This document shows, piece by piece, positions 12,531 through 21,691 of a stretch of 31,006 bases of DNA. Each line of letters starts with the position of its first letter. Positions within the stretch are counted from its first letter, which is position 1. A program made the translations under genes and the position numbers. The notes beneath the pieces were generated by a model that had not been told where the DNA came from, made no database searches, and saw only the letters and a list, made by a program, of their open reading frames with translations. Origin of the DNA: a virus; the IMG/VR virus record IMGVR_UViG_3300012352_000501, positions 1 to 31,006 of that record; one strand, written 5' to 3'.

Positions 12531-12769
12531 AAGCGCAGTATGAATGGATTTACAACCCACCTATTACGGCAGTAGGTGGAGAGATTACAAACGGAGCGAT
12601 AGAAAGACAAGAGTTCAACCAACATTATGGCGGTTACATCGAAATCATTTATCTATTAACTCAAGGCGACTTCACGAAATTCGATGAAGTAGTGAACTGG
12701 GATCTGCATAGATTCCTTTTTCAAGGGGAATATCTTTTAAGGAAAAGAACAATTGAACAAATGAAATAA
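12153..12769 (+). CDS. Probable -1 frameshift fusion product (about 205 aa)
   Basis: The -1 frame is open from 12383 to the stop at 12767-12769. It has no ATG, GTG or TTG before its last three codons. It encodes the protein-like sequence ...AQYEWIYNPPITAVGGEITNGAIERQEFNQHYGGYIEIIYLLTQGDFTKFDEVVNWDLHRFLFQGEYLLRKRTIEQMK, and its stop overlaps the next ATG (TAATG). Confidence 0.6.
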
Positions 12770-13221
12770 TGAACGAAATTAGTATTTTAAATAATTGGAT
12801 TATATCGGAATTTGACAAAAACAATTTAGTCAATACCATTTCTATTGTTCCTACATTACAGATGGATTCGAATAAAGAAAACGTTTATCCATTAGTAAAT
12901 ATCGACATGCTGAATAGTGTAGTTCAAAACGATGTTATTGTAGTTTCTTTCGAGATTACTATCGTACAGCAAAGAGATAAAAGGCCAGTAAAGACTGATT
13001 CGAAATTGTTAAACGATACGAATTATTTGGATAACGTAAACGAAACTCATTCGATTGCCGAAAGATTTATAAACGTTCTAGATAGACAGAATAATTCATT
13101 GAATATTGAACTCGATACGATTTCGAAATTAGAGTTCTTAAAAGAATACAGCAGAGAGAATCTTGACGGGGTTCAATTTACTATTGATTTATCAATTCCA
13201 AATCTAGGAACTAGTTGTTAA
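12769..13221 (+). CDS. Hypothetical virion (neck/connector-region) protein (150 aa)
   Basis: ATG ORF lying between the frameshift gene and the gp10-like genes. The function is guessed from position only. Confidence 0.7.
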   Translation: MNEISILNNWIISEFDKNNLVNTISIVPTLQMDSNKENVYPLVNIDMLNSVVQNDVIVVSFEITIVQQRDKRPVKTDSKLLNDTNYLDNVNETHSIAERFINVLDRQNNSLNIELDTISKLEFLKEYSRENLDGVQFTIDLSIPNLGTSC

Positions 13222-13604
13222 GTGAAGTTGAAATAAGAGCGATTGCCCAAGAGGTAGTAAATAGAGCGAAGTCAACAGCTCACGTTGAAACAGGCGCATT
13301 AAAGCGTTCTATTTCATACACGTACGTTCGGCAGGTCGTTATATTTCGTGAGTTATTTTACGGACAATTCGGGGACAACTCGGAGTTGGAGAAAATAGCA
13401 AAAAAATTAATACCAAACGGAGTAGCTTGGAAAATAATTTATACTAATTTCGGTGGAGACACTTACGAAGTAGGAAAGACAAGACAAGGCAGAGCGACGC
13501 AGAGCAAAGTTCTTTCGGCGGTTAAAAGAACGGCAACCAATAGAATAAAGGCTTTGATTAGTCTAGCACAAAAGAAAAGAAAAGATGGCGAAGCGCAGGA
13601 CTAA
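13215..13604 (+). CDS. HK97 gp10-like head-tail joining / tail-completion protein
   Basis: It carries a VETGALKRSI motif (T-G-x-L-x-x-S-I). The ORF has no in-frame ATG at all, so the TTG start at 13215 (overlapping the upstream stop) is likely. Confidence 0.65.
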   Translation: MLSEVEIRAIAQEVVNRAKSTAHVETGALKRSISYTYVRQVVIFRELFYGQFGDNSELEKIAKKLIPNGVAWKIIYTNFGGDTYEVGKTRQGRATQSKVLSAVKRTATNRIKALISLAQKKRKDGEAQD

Positions 13605-13920
13605 AGACCAGATCGATGCGGACAAGATAATCAAGAAGCAGTTGAATATTCTCGGCGAAAAGATTTATGAAGAGGCACGAGAAAATTCACGCTTCGATAC
13701 GGGACAGTTGCAGAACTCGATTAACTACATGGTAAAGCCTGACACGAAATTAACGATGGGCCAAGTGTATTACGGGAAATATAACTATCCGAAAGGAATT
13801 AATACTGGAGAGAAAAATGCTCTGTTAATCGCAGTAAAAGAATACGCAACGGCAACGACTAAAATAATTGTAAAAGAAATAAACGACCAAATAAATGAAC
13901 AGTTTACCAGTAGAAAGTAG
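13585..13920 (+). CDS. Second HK97 gp10-like paralogue
   Basis: It carries FDTGQLQNSI at the equivalent position and has an ATG start. Confidence 0.65.
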   Translation: MAKRRTKDQIDADKIIKKQLNILGEKIYEEARENSRFDTGQLQNSINYMVKPDTKLTMGQVYYGKYNYPKGINTGEKNALLIAVKEYATATTKIIVKEINDQINEQFTSRK

Positions 13921-15058
13921 AACGATAATAAATACAGAAAGTCAAATCACTTTTTGTAATTCGCCAATTCATTTAAGAATTCAAAACGATGACCAAGATA
14001 CGTCTATCAAATCAGCTATCGTTTATTTGTGGATTTGGAACGGTGACCAAGATAAAGTTTTAGGAAAACCAAACTTCACTTTAAAGAAGGATAAAGTTAG
14101 TGCCGATGACGATTACATTAATTTTCAAGTCGCTGATTTAATTAAGTCGTTTTTAATTACACCTTCAAACGCATTAAATACGAACCAACCAACTTTCGCT
14201 TACAATCAATTGACCAATCCAGCTATAACTGGGCAAGGTGTTTTCTGGCAGATAGTCGCAGATGTTACTTCTGGCGAAGAAACCATTCGAAAAAACTACA
14301 CGACCGCTTTTGCAACTCTAGGATATAATTGGAACTATGAGCAAAATGCCGTTTATTCGTACGGAATCGCTCCGAATCCAGCAAACAGATGGTACAATCC
14401 ATTAATTCATAACTACATCAGTCAGAGTTTTAATCTAACAAGGACTGTTTCGGAAGCAACGACAGCAAATATGATTAACGTTCAGCAGATTACACCGCCA
14501 AGTAACTGGACTAGATGCTCACGTGACCCGTATTTGGTTGTATTTCTTAATAAATTAGGGCTTTGGGAAATGTTTACACCGAATGGAAAGGCTACAATTT
14601 CTACAAAACTAGATTCCGATACTTCGAACAGAGTATTCCGTGACCCATTAATGGTAGACAATAGCTTTACTCACTCGAAATTACGTGATAATTTGCTAGT
14701 AACACAGCAGTACACTATAAATACTGGCTCACTTACCGAAGAAATGGTGTCAATTGTAGAGCAATTAATTTATTCACCTAAAGTTTATTTGATTAAATTT
14801 GCAGGAGACATAGAGAATAATCCAACCACTGGAATTACGGTTGATAGCACATACGTTACAGCTGACGATACGAATATCACGGTGGATAATCAAGGAATCG
14901 CAAACGAATTATTAGGATTTTATAAAACTCATTATCAGATACCTGTAGTTGTAACAGATTCCGATTTCACAAAAAAGACTAGAGTGAACGACCGAAACGC
15001 TATTGACTACAATATTAAGTTTGAAGAAACCAATAATAAAATAAACAATATCAGATAA
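13895..15058 (+). CDS. Virion structural protein (387 aa), function unknown
   Basis: Long ATG ORF in the structural block, with an ATGA-type overlap with the next gene. Confidence 0.75.
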   Translation: MNSLPVESRTIINTESQITFCNSPIHLRIQNDDQDTSIKSAIVYLWIWNGDQDKVLGKPNFTLKKDKVSADDDYINFQVADLIKSFLITPSNALNTNQPTFAYNQLTNPAITGQGVFWQIVADVTSGEETIRKNYTTAFATLGYNWNYEQNAVYSYGIAPNPANRWYNPLIHNYISQSFNLTRTVSEATTANMINVQQITPPSNWTRCSRDPYLVVFLNKLGLWEMFTPNGKATISTKLDSDTSNRVFRDPLMVDNSFTHSKLRDNLLVTQQYTINTGSLTEEMVSIVEQLIYSPKVYLIKFAGDIENNPTTGITVDSTYVTADDTNITVDNQGIANELLGFYKTHYQIPVVVTDSDFTKKTRVNDRNAIDYNIKFEETNNKINNIR

Positions 15059-17289
15059 TGATAACAGAAGTTTTTATTTCAATAGACGGGCAAAACTACA
15101 CGAAACTTGACCTTCATAAAGATGAGAACATTTCAATGAAATATACTCAGAAGGATTTACAAGACATTAGCAAGATTTTCTCGCCATACTCTATGAGTTT
15201 CACTTTTCCTGCTACACCTAAAAATCGCGCAGCCTTTGGATTCTTTGGAGATACCGACGTGATAAAAATAAATACTGAAAATAAATTTGCTTGTAAGATT
15301 TATACAGATGGAGTTCTAAATTTAACGGGTTTCATTTTACTTTCGGATTTAAAATATAAAAATAACGTTCCGACCGATTTCACTGGAAACTTCGCAACTT
15401 CGATGACTAACTTGAAGGATAGAATTGGAGATGCTTTAATTGGGGATTTGGCTACCGAGAGATTGAAAATAAATTGGACACCAAATACAGTTTACAGTTT
15501 ACTTCAAGGAGCGAATAATACAACTATCGACGGCGTGAACGTTTCTTATTTCGTTCCGTTAATTTCTAGCAATAGAGTTCTTGGATTTAATTCTAATATA
15601 GAGAGTGGATTGAAGGACAACGTGGCTTATGATTCAACTGTTACACCTACTAGTAACGGAACAATAAAATCATACGAATTAAGACCCTGTCTTTCGTTCA
15701 GTTCTATTATAGAATTGATTAAAAAGAAATATAATCTGAGCGTCATTTGTCCTTTAGACGAAAGGCCAGAATATAAAGATTTGTTTATCTGGTGTAATTC
15801 AGAAACGATGCTTTCGAATGAGGCTAAAAAGATGACACTGAAACAAGGATTCGGTGGAGTTTCTTGGTACGATTCAAAAAACGAAGGAGATATTCCAGAC
15901 CCAAAGAAATACGTTGGAACAACTAACCTTTCGGACAATAGTTTTAAAGTCATAAAGCAGAGAAACGAAAACGAATGGGACAAGTTCTTTTCTTTTAAAA
16001 TAGCACTTGAAAATGTATTGATTACGGGAAACAGCTCGGCTAGTTCAAGCATTAACGTGACACTAGTTAGGAAGTCTGACAACATAATTCTTGCTAGCAA
16101 ACAAATAGATCTGGCAGACGGGAAATTTTTTGATAAAATTCAAATCAACGATTCTTTATTTGTAAATAACGAAATCGAGTTTTATGTTTACGTTCAATTT
16201 AATCAACCGACTAGTTGGACAAATGCAACCTACGGAATAGAGTTTAAATACTACGACGGAAAATATGGCCCATTTAATTCAAAGAGATACGCAACATATC
16301 AATACCAGTCTTTAGTAAATAACAATGCGGTTGATATTCTAGCGACGAACATCGATTTATTTAAAACATTACCTAGTATAAAAGTGATTGATTTCTTAAC
16401 TTCTTATTTTAAGATGTTTAACATTTCGGTTTTCGATACTTCGCCAAACGATGAGAATCTTTACTGGCTTACACCTGAGGATATTCAGACTTCGAAGAAA
16501 GCATATTCAAAATCTGTATTGGATTACACTGCTTATGTAAATGCTAGTGACTTTAAAAAATCAACGGCTAGTGATTATAATTACTACAATTTCAAACACG
16601 CTGATTCTAAATATAAAAGCAACTTGGACTATTTAAGTCAGACAGGATTCGAATATGGCCAAGCGGTTAATCCTTTAGTGAAGCCTGCAAATACTAGAGA
16701 ATTCATAGTTCAGACTACATTTACATTAATGGTCCCCGTAATTTTAAACGGAACAAGTGACGTCGTTACATATTACGGATTCGATAATTCATCGCCCGAA
16801 ATACTTCCAGACGGTGAGGCTAGATACACCCCGAACTATGGCGAACTAACTATTTTCTATAATTACGGAAACACACCCATATCAAGCGTTCTAGGAGTTC
16901 AGAATAATAATACAGCTGGAACACTTTTAAATTCTCCGTTAAGTAACTATATGAAGGTATTGCCTTGGAATAAAAATTTGAACTCTTTAGGGTTTTCGAA
17001 TCTTAAATTCCAAGATGTAGTTTATGATAAATCACTTTATTCAAAATATTATTCTGCCCAAACGACAAGATTATTAAATCCAAACGTATTGTCTCAAGAA
17101 TATTCTTTAATTTTACCATCGAACGAAATCTATTTGAACGATTCTAATAGTTTTCAAGGCCAAGGCGAAACACCAACGGGCTTTAGATTACAGAATGACA
17201 TAATAATAGCAGAAAATTTATTCACGATACTAGACGCAACGATTGATATAACGACGGGCAAAACTAAAATAACACTATTAAATTTCTAA
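15058..17289 (+). CDS. Large virion structural protein (743 aa), possibly tail tip/baseplate
   Basis: Long Asn/Ser/Thr-rich ORF that sits directly before the tape-measure-like gene. Confidence 0.75.
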   Translation: MITEVFISIDGQNYTKLDLHKDENISMKYTQKDLQDISKIFSPYSMSFTFPATPKNRAAFGFFGDTDVIKINTENKFACKIYTDGVLNLTGFILLSDLKYKNNVPTDFTGNFATSMTNLKDRIGDALIGDLATERLKINWTPNTVYSLLQGANNTTIDGVNVSYFVPLISSNRVLGFNSNIESGLKDNVAYDSTVTPTSNGTIKSYELRPCLSFSSIIELIKKKYNLSVICPLDERPEYKDLFIWCNSETMLSNEAKKMTLKQGFGGVSWYDSKNEGDIPDPKKYVGTTNLSDNSFKVIKQRNENEWDKFFSFKIALENVLITGNSSASSSINVTLVRKSDNIILASKQIDLADGKFFDKIQINDSLFVNNEIEFYVYVQFNQPTSWTNATYGIEFKYYDGKYGPFNSKRYATYQYQSLVNNNAVDILATNIDLFKTLPSIKVIDFLTSYFKMFNISVFDTSPNDENLYWLTPEDIQTSKKAYSKSVLDYTAYVNASDFKKSTASDYNYYNFKHADSKYKSNLDYLSQTGFEYGQAVNPLVKPANTREFIVQTTFTLMVPVILNGTSDVVTYYGFDNSSPEILPDGEARYTPNYGELTIFYNYGNTPISSVLGVQNNNTAGTLLNSPLSNYMKVLPWNKNLNSLGFSNLKFQDVVYDKSLYSKYYSAQTTRLLNPNVLSQEYSLILPSNEIYLNDSNSFQGQGETPTGFRLQNDIIIAENLFTILDATIDITTGKTKITLLNF

Positions 17290-17290
17290 A

Positions 17291-19354
17291 ATGGCTGAAG
17301 AAAGCAATAATATTGAACAAAAAATTGTATTAAATTATCAGACTAATGCAAACGAAACTTCTAAAGAGGTTAATGCTTTAGCTGGAGCCGTTGAAAATGT
17401 AACCGATTCTCAAAAGCAAAACGATACACAAACTCAAAAGTCTGAAGACGGATATAAATCATTCAAGACGCAGATTAGGGAAGCCACTCAGGACTTAATG
17501 AAGATGTCGGCTATTTATGGCGAGTCATCAAAAGAAGCTGTAAACGCAGCGAAAAAGGTCGCAGAGTTAAAAGACCAAATGGGATTCGCTAAAGACTTGG
17601 TTGATAAATTTAATCCTGACCAAAAGTTCAAAGCACTCGGAGCAGCTACACAATTAGCAACTAATGCAACAACGGCACTAGTTTCTGGTATGGCTTTATT
17701 TGGCGACCAATCTCAAAAGACACAAGAAACTCTTTTAAAGGTTCAAGCTGCGATGGCTTTCTCGGAATCTATCACGAACCTTTCGGAATTAGGTGACCAA
17801 TGGAAGTTATTAAAATCGACCATTACATCAAGCACTCTAGTTCAGAATATCAATACTGCTTCTACAGTAATTGCGGGATCTGTAATGAAATTATTTGGAG
17901 CTGGAGTTGATACCACTTCGAAATCTTTTAAAGGATTAAAGGCTGCAATAATCGGGACAGGAATCGGGGCTTTAGTTGTCGCATTAGGATTAATCATAAA
18001 TAATTTCGATGAGATTAAAAAAGTAGTCTTGAGATTAGTTCCTGGACTATCCGCAGTTGGCGACACGATTATGAACATCGTGAATTCGGTGACTGATTTT
18101 ATCGGAGTTACTTCGGAAGTTGATAGGGCTTTAGATAGATTAAAAAGTAATGCAGATGCGTCGATAGCTTTAAACAAAAAATTCCTAGCCGAACATGGTG
18201 ACCAATTAGACGAATTTACTAAAAAGAAAATCGAAGCTAAAAACGCATACAGTGAGGCTATAAAAGAAGATGGCGCCAATCAGACTGCTTTAGCGAAAAG
18301 ATTAAATCGTGAACTTGCGGCAATCGAATATTCTCGTGGAGATGAGGCAAGAAAATTAGCTGCAGACGAAGCCGAGAAAGCAGCCGAGCAAAGAAAGAAA
18401 GACCGAGAGAAAGCTGCAGCAGATGCGGAACAAAAAAAGAAAGAGGCACTTCAGAAACTAAAAGAGGAATATGAAGCAAGACAGCAATTAATTAGAGAAC
18501 AAGCAGAAAAGGCTAGAGAGGAATATGAAGCCGCAGTAAAGCTAGAAAAGGATATTAAAAAAGCGAATGAAGATGCTTTAAAAACCGAAAATGAACTAAA
18601 GGTTGAAGCCGAGAATGAAGAGTATGAAAGAAAGCTTGGAATCTTAAAAGCGGCAAACCTATCTACTGAAGAAGCCGAGAAAGAACACAAAAGAAATATA
18701 GCCGCATTAAATGACGAATATTATGCTGGCGAATCGGATAAAGCTACCGAAAGAGATGCAAAAAAGAAAGAGGAAGCTGAAAAGTTTGCCGCAGATAGAA
18801 TACAAACCGAAAAGAATATTCAAGATTCTATTGCTTCTATAACTCAAAACGGGATTAGCCTAGTTGATTCGTTGGAGCAGTTAGGATTAAGAAAATCAAA
18901 AGCGACCGAAGGAATCCGAAAAGGATTAGCATTGGCCCAGATCGCTGCAGATAGTGCGGTTGCCGTATCGAAAGCAATTCCAATGGCATTACAAGCTGGT
19001 AAAGAAGCCGCAGCAATAGCTGGTCCAGCTGCTCCAGTAGTGGGCCCATTAGTTACTGCAGCCTCATTAGTTGGCTCGACGGCTACGATAGCAAAAAACG
19101 TTGCGAGTGCTAAAAAGATTCTACAAGGCGGTTCAGTTTCGGCTGGAGGCGGTGGGGCTTCCGCTCCAAGTACACCATTGATGGGTTCTTCAGTTCCGCA
19201 AGTTCAGTTTCAAGCGAGTGCCGAGAATAACATCGCTACAACTATTGCAGCAAATACAAACGCACAGCCACCAGTTCAGGCTTTTGTAGTTTCTACGGAA
19301 GTAACAACTGCTCAAGCATTAGACAGAAAAAAAATTAGCGCAAATAGTTTTTAA
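17291..19354 (+). CDS. Tape-measure-like / internal virion protein (687 aa)
   Basis: It has hydrophobic Gly/Ala segments (GLKAAIIGTGIGALVVALGLII, and the C-terminal AAIAGPAAPVVGPLVTAASLVGS). These flank a long Lys/Glu/Ala coiled-coil region. Confidence 0.55.
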   Translation: MAEESNNIEQKIVLNYQTNANETSKEVNALAGAVENVTDSQKQNDTQTQKSEDGYKSFKTQIREATQDLMKMSAIYGESSKEAVNAAKKVAELKDQMGFAKDLVDKFNPDQKFKALGAATQLATNATTALVSGMALFGDQSQKTQETLLKVQAAMAFSESITNLSELGDQWKLLKSTITSSTLVQNINTASTVIAGSVMKLFGAGVDTTSKSFKGLKAAIIGTGIGALVVALGLIINNFDEIKKVVLRLVPGLSAVGDTIMNIVNSVTDFIGVTSEVDRALDRLKSNADASIALNKKFLAEHGDQLDEFTKKKIEAKNAYSEAIKEDGANQTALAKRLNRELAAIEYSRGDEARKLAADEAEKAAEQRKKDREKAAADAEQKKKEALQKLKEEYEARQQLIREQAEKAREEYEAAVKLEKDIKKANEDALKTENELKVEAENEEYERKLGILKAANLSTEEAEKEHKRNIAALNDEYYAGESDKATERDAKKKEEAEKFAADRIQTEKNIQDSIASITQNGISLVDSLEQLGLRKSKATEGIRKGLALAQIAADSAVAVSKAIPMALQAGKEAAAIAGPAAPVVGPLVTAASLVGSTATIAKNVASAKKILQGGSVSAGGGGASAPSTPLMGSSVPQVQFQASAENNIATTIAANTNAQPPVQAFVVSTEVTTAQALDRKKISANSF

Positions 19355-19365
19355 TTAAAAAAGAA

Positions 19366-19381
19366 TTTTATATATTTACAG
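19366..19381 (+). promoter_or_regulatory. 16-mer TTTTATATATTTACAG, copy 2; the ATG follows 1 nt later
   Basis: Identical to 11908-11923. The TATATTTA box at 19371-19378 is followed by 4 nt and then ATG 19383. Confidence 0.5.
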
Positions 19382-19382
19382 C

Positions 19383-20396
19383 ATGAAAACCTATGAATTA
19401 ATTTTTCCTGAAGGTGGTATTGGAGTTTTTAAAGTTAGTCTTGTAAAAAATCCAGCTATTGAAACAACCTTAATGAAGTTTTCTTCTGAAGAAAAAATGT
19501 ATTTTTCTAACGAGGAAAAAAGAATTGTTTATGCCCCTGCGATGATTCCTAATAAGATGATTTTCAGAAATAACATTCAAGGCGAACCAGCGAATGTTTT
19601 TTATACTGCCGAAACTATCGAGAAACTTCAAGAAAATTACTTTAGAAATAAAGGCAATTTTTCAACGAATCTTGACCATTCGGATAATAACGTGGAAGGA
19701 GTTTTTCCTTTCGAATCTTGGATTGTTCAAAATAAAGAAATCGACAAATCAAAAGAAATGGGCTTCGACGTTCCGAACGGAACTTGGATGATGGGCCATA
19801 AGATAGATAACGATTCTGTTTGGAACGATTACATTAAAACCGGTAAAATAGACGGACTTTCAATTGAGGCAAGTCTTTTACATAAAGAACAATTAACCAA
19901 TAAAGTAAATATGAGCAAACTAGATGCCGTAATTGAGGCAATTAAACAAGTTTTCTCTGCAGATGAAACTGTAATCGATACAGAAATGGCAGTAGAAAAA
20001 GAAGATGATTCAGCTGAAGTAGTAGCAGAAGAAGTTGAGGTGGAAGTACCTACCAAAGAAGCAGACAAGGAAGCCGAAAATCCTGAAGAAATGGTTGACG
20101 AACCAGCTATTGAAGAACCAGTAGTGGAAGAAGGATTGGCAACGGATGCTGAAGGTACAGACCTAGACGAATTAAAAGCAGAGAACGATGCTTTAAAAGC
20201 AGAGAACGCTGACTTGAAAGAGCAACTAGCGAAATCGGAAGCCGAGAAAGTAAAAGCTGAAACAGACTTAACTAAAATGGCGAAAGAAACACCAGCTGCT
20301 AAACCTATCAAGAACACTCCGAAAGAAGTTTCTAAAAGTTACGAAGAAATGAGTAATTTCGAAAAATTGAAATTTAACCGAGAAAACAAACGATAG
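19383..20396 (+). CDS. XkdF-like prohead protease fused to an acidic coiled-coil scaffolding domain
   Basis: VSLVKNPAIE, RIVYAPAMIPN, NLDHS, FESWIV and GTWMMGHKIDNDSVWNDYIKTGKIDGLSIEA follow the XkdF (Peptidase_S78_2) pattern. The C-terminal roughly 150 aa are Glu/Ala/Lys-rich. Confidence 0.75.
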   Translation: MKTYELIFPEGGIGVFKVSLVKNPAIETTLMKFSSEEKMYFSNEEKRIVYAPAMIPNKMIFRNNIQGEPANVFYTAETIEKLQENYFRNKGNFSTNLDHSDNNVEGVFPFESWIVQNKEIDKSKEMGFDVPNGTWMMGHKIDNDSVWNDYIKTGKIDGLSIEASLLHKEQLTNKVNMSKLDAVIEAIKQVFSADETVIDTEMAVEKEDDSAEVVAEEVEVEVPTKEADKEAENPEEMVDEPAIEEPVVEEGLATDAEGTDLDELKAENDALKAENADLKEQLAKSEAEKVKAETDLTKMAKETPAAKPIKNTPKEVSKSYEEMSNFEKLKFNRENKR

Positions 20397-20398
20397 TC

Positions 20399-20587
20399 AT
20401 GGCAGAAGTAAAAGAAAAAAAAGAAAGCAAATTTTTAAATCCATTTTATTCTGGAGTTTCTTACGCAGATTTTTTAGCATCTATTCCTAAAGGGAAAAGC
20501 GTTGAAGAACATTGCAAAGGAATTTTAACTCAAGAAGAGATTGAATTTTTAAATGCAGAAATCGAACTTATTAAAAACAACAAATAA
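20399..20587 (+). CDS. Hypothetical protein (62 aa)
   Basis: ATG ORF between the scaffold and capsid genes. Confidence 0.6.
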   Translation: MAEVKEKKESKFLNPFYSGVSYADFLASIPKGKSVEEHCKGILTQEEIEFLNAEIELIKNNK

Positions 20588-20596
20588 AATTAAATT

Positions 20597-21640
20597 ATGT
20601 CAATAACATTTTCTGGTACTAAATTACCACAAAGTCAGATTCAAGAAATTCAATCTGAAATCTATGCTGATTGGGGAACATTCAGAGATAGAGATGTAAA
20701 CATTCAAGAGAACCACAAATCTGGTACTGAAGTTTACGAAAGTAAAGTAACCGTTGCAGCTAAAGCGTATACAAGCGCAGGAGTTTCTACAGACGGAACA
20801 ATCGATTTATCAACACAGAGATCTGCTGTAAACCTTACGAAAGTTGAGTTTTCAGATACAGTTGATAACAACGTATTATTAGACACTCGCTTTGAGAAAT
20901 CAATGGCGCAAGGTGCTTTCAACTTGGTTTCTTCTGAGTTTGATAACGCAGTTCTTCAATATGTTTCTCCAGCTATCTCTAGCGCAATGGAATCAATGAT
21001 TTGGGACGGAGCGACTACAGCTCAAAAAGCATTAATCGCTGGATTAACTCCAGGAGCTGGACAAGGTTCAATCTCTGCAGGTGCTCAAACTCTAGCAGCA
21101 GCAATGCCTACGAATTTGATCAACTCATTCCCAGCTACGATTTTGCACAACGCTTCTCAATCTAAAGCTACACCAGGTGCTGGATTAGGAGATTACAAAA
21201 AAGTGTTAAGTATCTCAGCTGTTACTGCTGCATCTATCGCAGGAGAGTACGCAAAAATATTTGCTACTATCGACCCGAAAGTATTGAACGATACTTTAAA
21301 CCCAGTAATGATTTACGCTCCACTAGGAGACAAGCAGTTGATGAAAATCGCTAACAACTCTGTTGGAGCAGCTTCAAATCAAAACTTCTTATTCGAAGGA
21401 ACTGGAGCAAACGAGAAAGCATACTACAACGGAATTGAAATCAAATTCAAGCCATTAGTAGGATTCAGAATTGCTTCACCAGCGGTTTATTTATTAATCC
21501 TTATGGATTTAGTTTCGGACATGAACATCTTGGAAACAGGTAAAATGGCGAACGGAGCTGATTTAATGTACATCAAAAATGTACAAGCATTATCAACTTG
21601 GGTAACAAACCAAAGATACATCACTCTTTACGGAGGATAG
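20597..21640 (+). CDS. Major capsid protein (probable)
   Basis: 347 aa, directly after the protease/scaffold gene and followed by a strong hairpin terminator. Its composition is typical of HK97-fold capsid proteins. No specific motif was checked. Confidence 0.65.
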   Translation: MSITFSGTKLPQSQIQEIQSEIYADWGTFRDRDVNIQENHKSGTEVYESKVTVAAKAYTSAGVSTDGTIDLSTQRSAVNLTKVEFSDTVDNNVLLDTRFEKSMAQGAFNLVSSEFDNAVLQYVSPAISSAMESMIWDGATTAQKALIAGLTPGAGQGSISAGAQTLAAAMPTNLINSFPATILHNASQSKATPGAGLGDYKKVLSISAVTAASIAGEYAKIFATIDPKVLNDTLNPVMIYAPLGDKQLMKIANNSVGAASNQNFLFEGTGANEKAYYNGIEIKFKPLVGFRIASPAVYLLILMDLVSDMNILETGKMANGADLMYIKNVQALSTWVTNQRYITLYGG

Positions 21641-21648
21641 TAATAATC

Positions 21649-21673
21649 AAAGCCCCTTTAATTAGGGGCTTTT
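21649..21673 (+). terminator. Hairpin terminator/attenuator after the capsid gene
   Basis: AAAGCCCCT (21649-21657) pairs with AGGGGCTTT (21664-21672) around a 6-nt loop, giving a 9-bp stem. An A-tract lies before it and a T-tract after it. Confidence 0.7.
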
Positions 21674-21691
21674 AAAAAACAAAAAATAATT

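Noticed and set aside
15627-16100. Antisense ORFs inside long plus-strand genes (also 1431..1691, 6232..6444, 8723..8908, 10989..11486, 12239..12433, 17842..19049, 19829..20317, 20734..20922, 21658..21987, 23450..23683, 25859..26041, 26888..27196, 28796..28981, 29168..29359, 30021..30251)
   Set aside because: Each is wholly embedded in a longer ORF that has recognisable motifs or operon packing. Their low-complexity Ser/Phe/Leu-rich translations are typical of the reverse frame of AT-rich coding DNA.
18300-18800. Apparent DNA repetition (e.g. AGAGGAATATGAAGC at about 18463 and about 18508) and the GAA/GCT-rich stretch at 20000-20300
   Set aside because: These are codon-level echoes of Glu/Lys/Ala coiled-coil and acidic scaffold segments. 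They are not tandem repeats, CRISPR arrays or mobile-element ends.
19594-19791. Out-of-frame plus-strand 65-aa ORF inside the protease/scaffold gene, and 30491..30697 opposite the DUF3127/exonuclease genes
   Set aside because: Both are embedded in genes with clear family motifs, and their translations are low-complexity.
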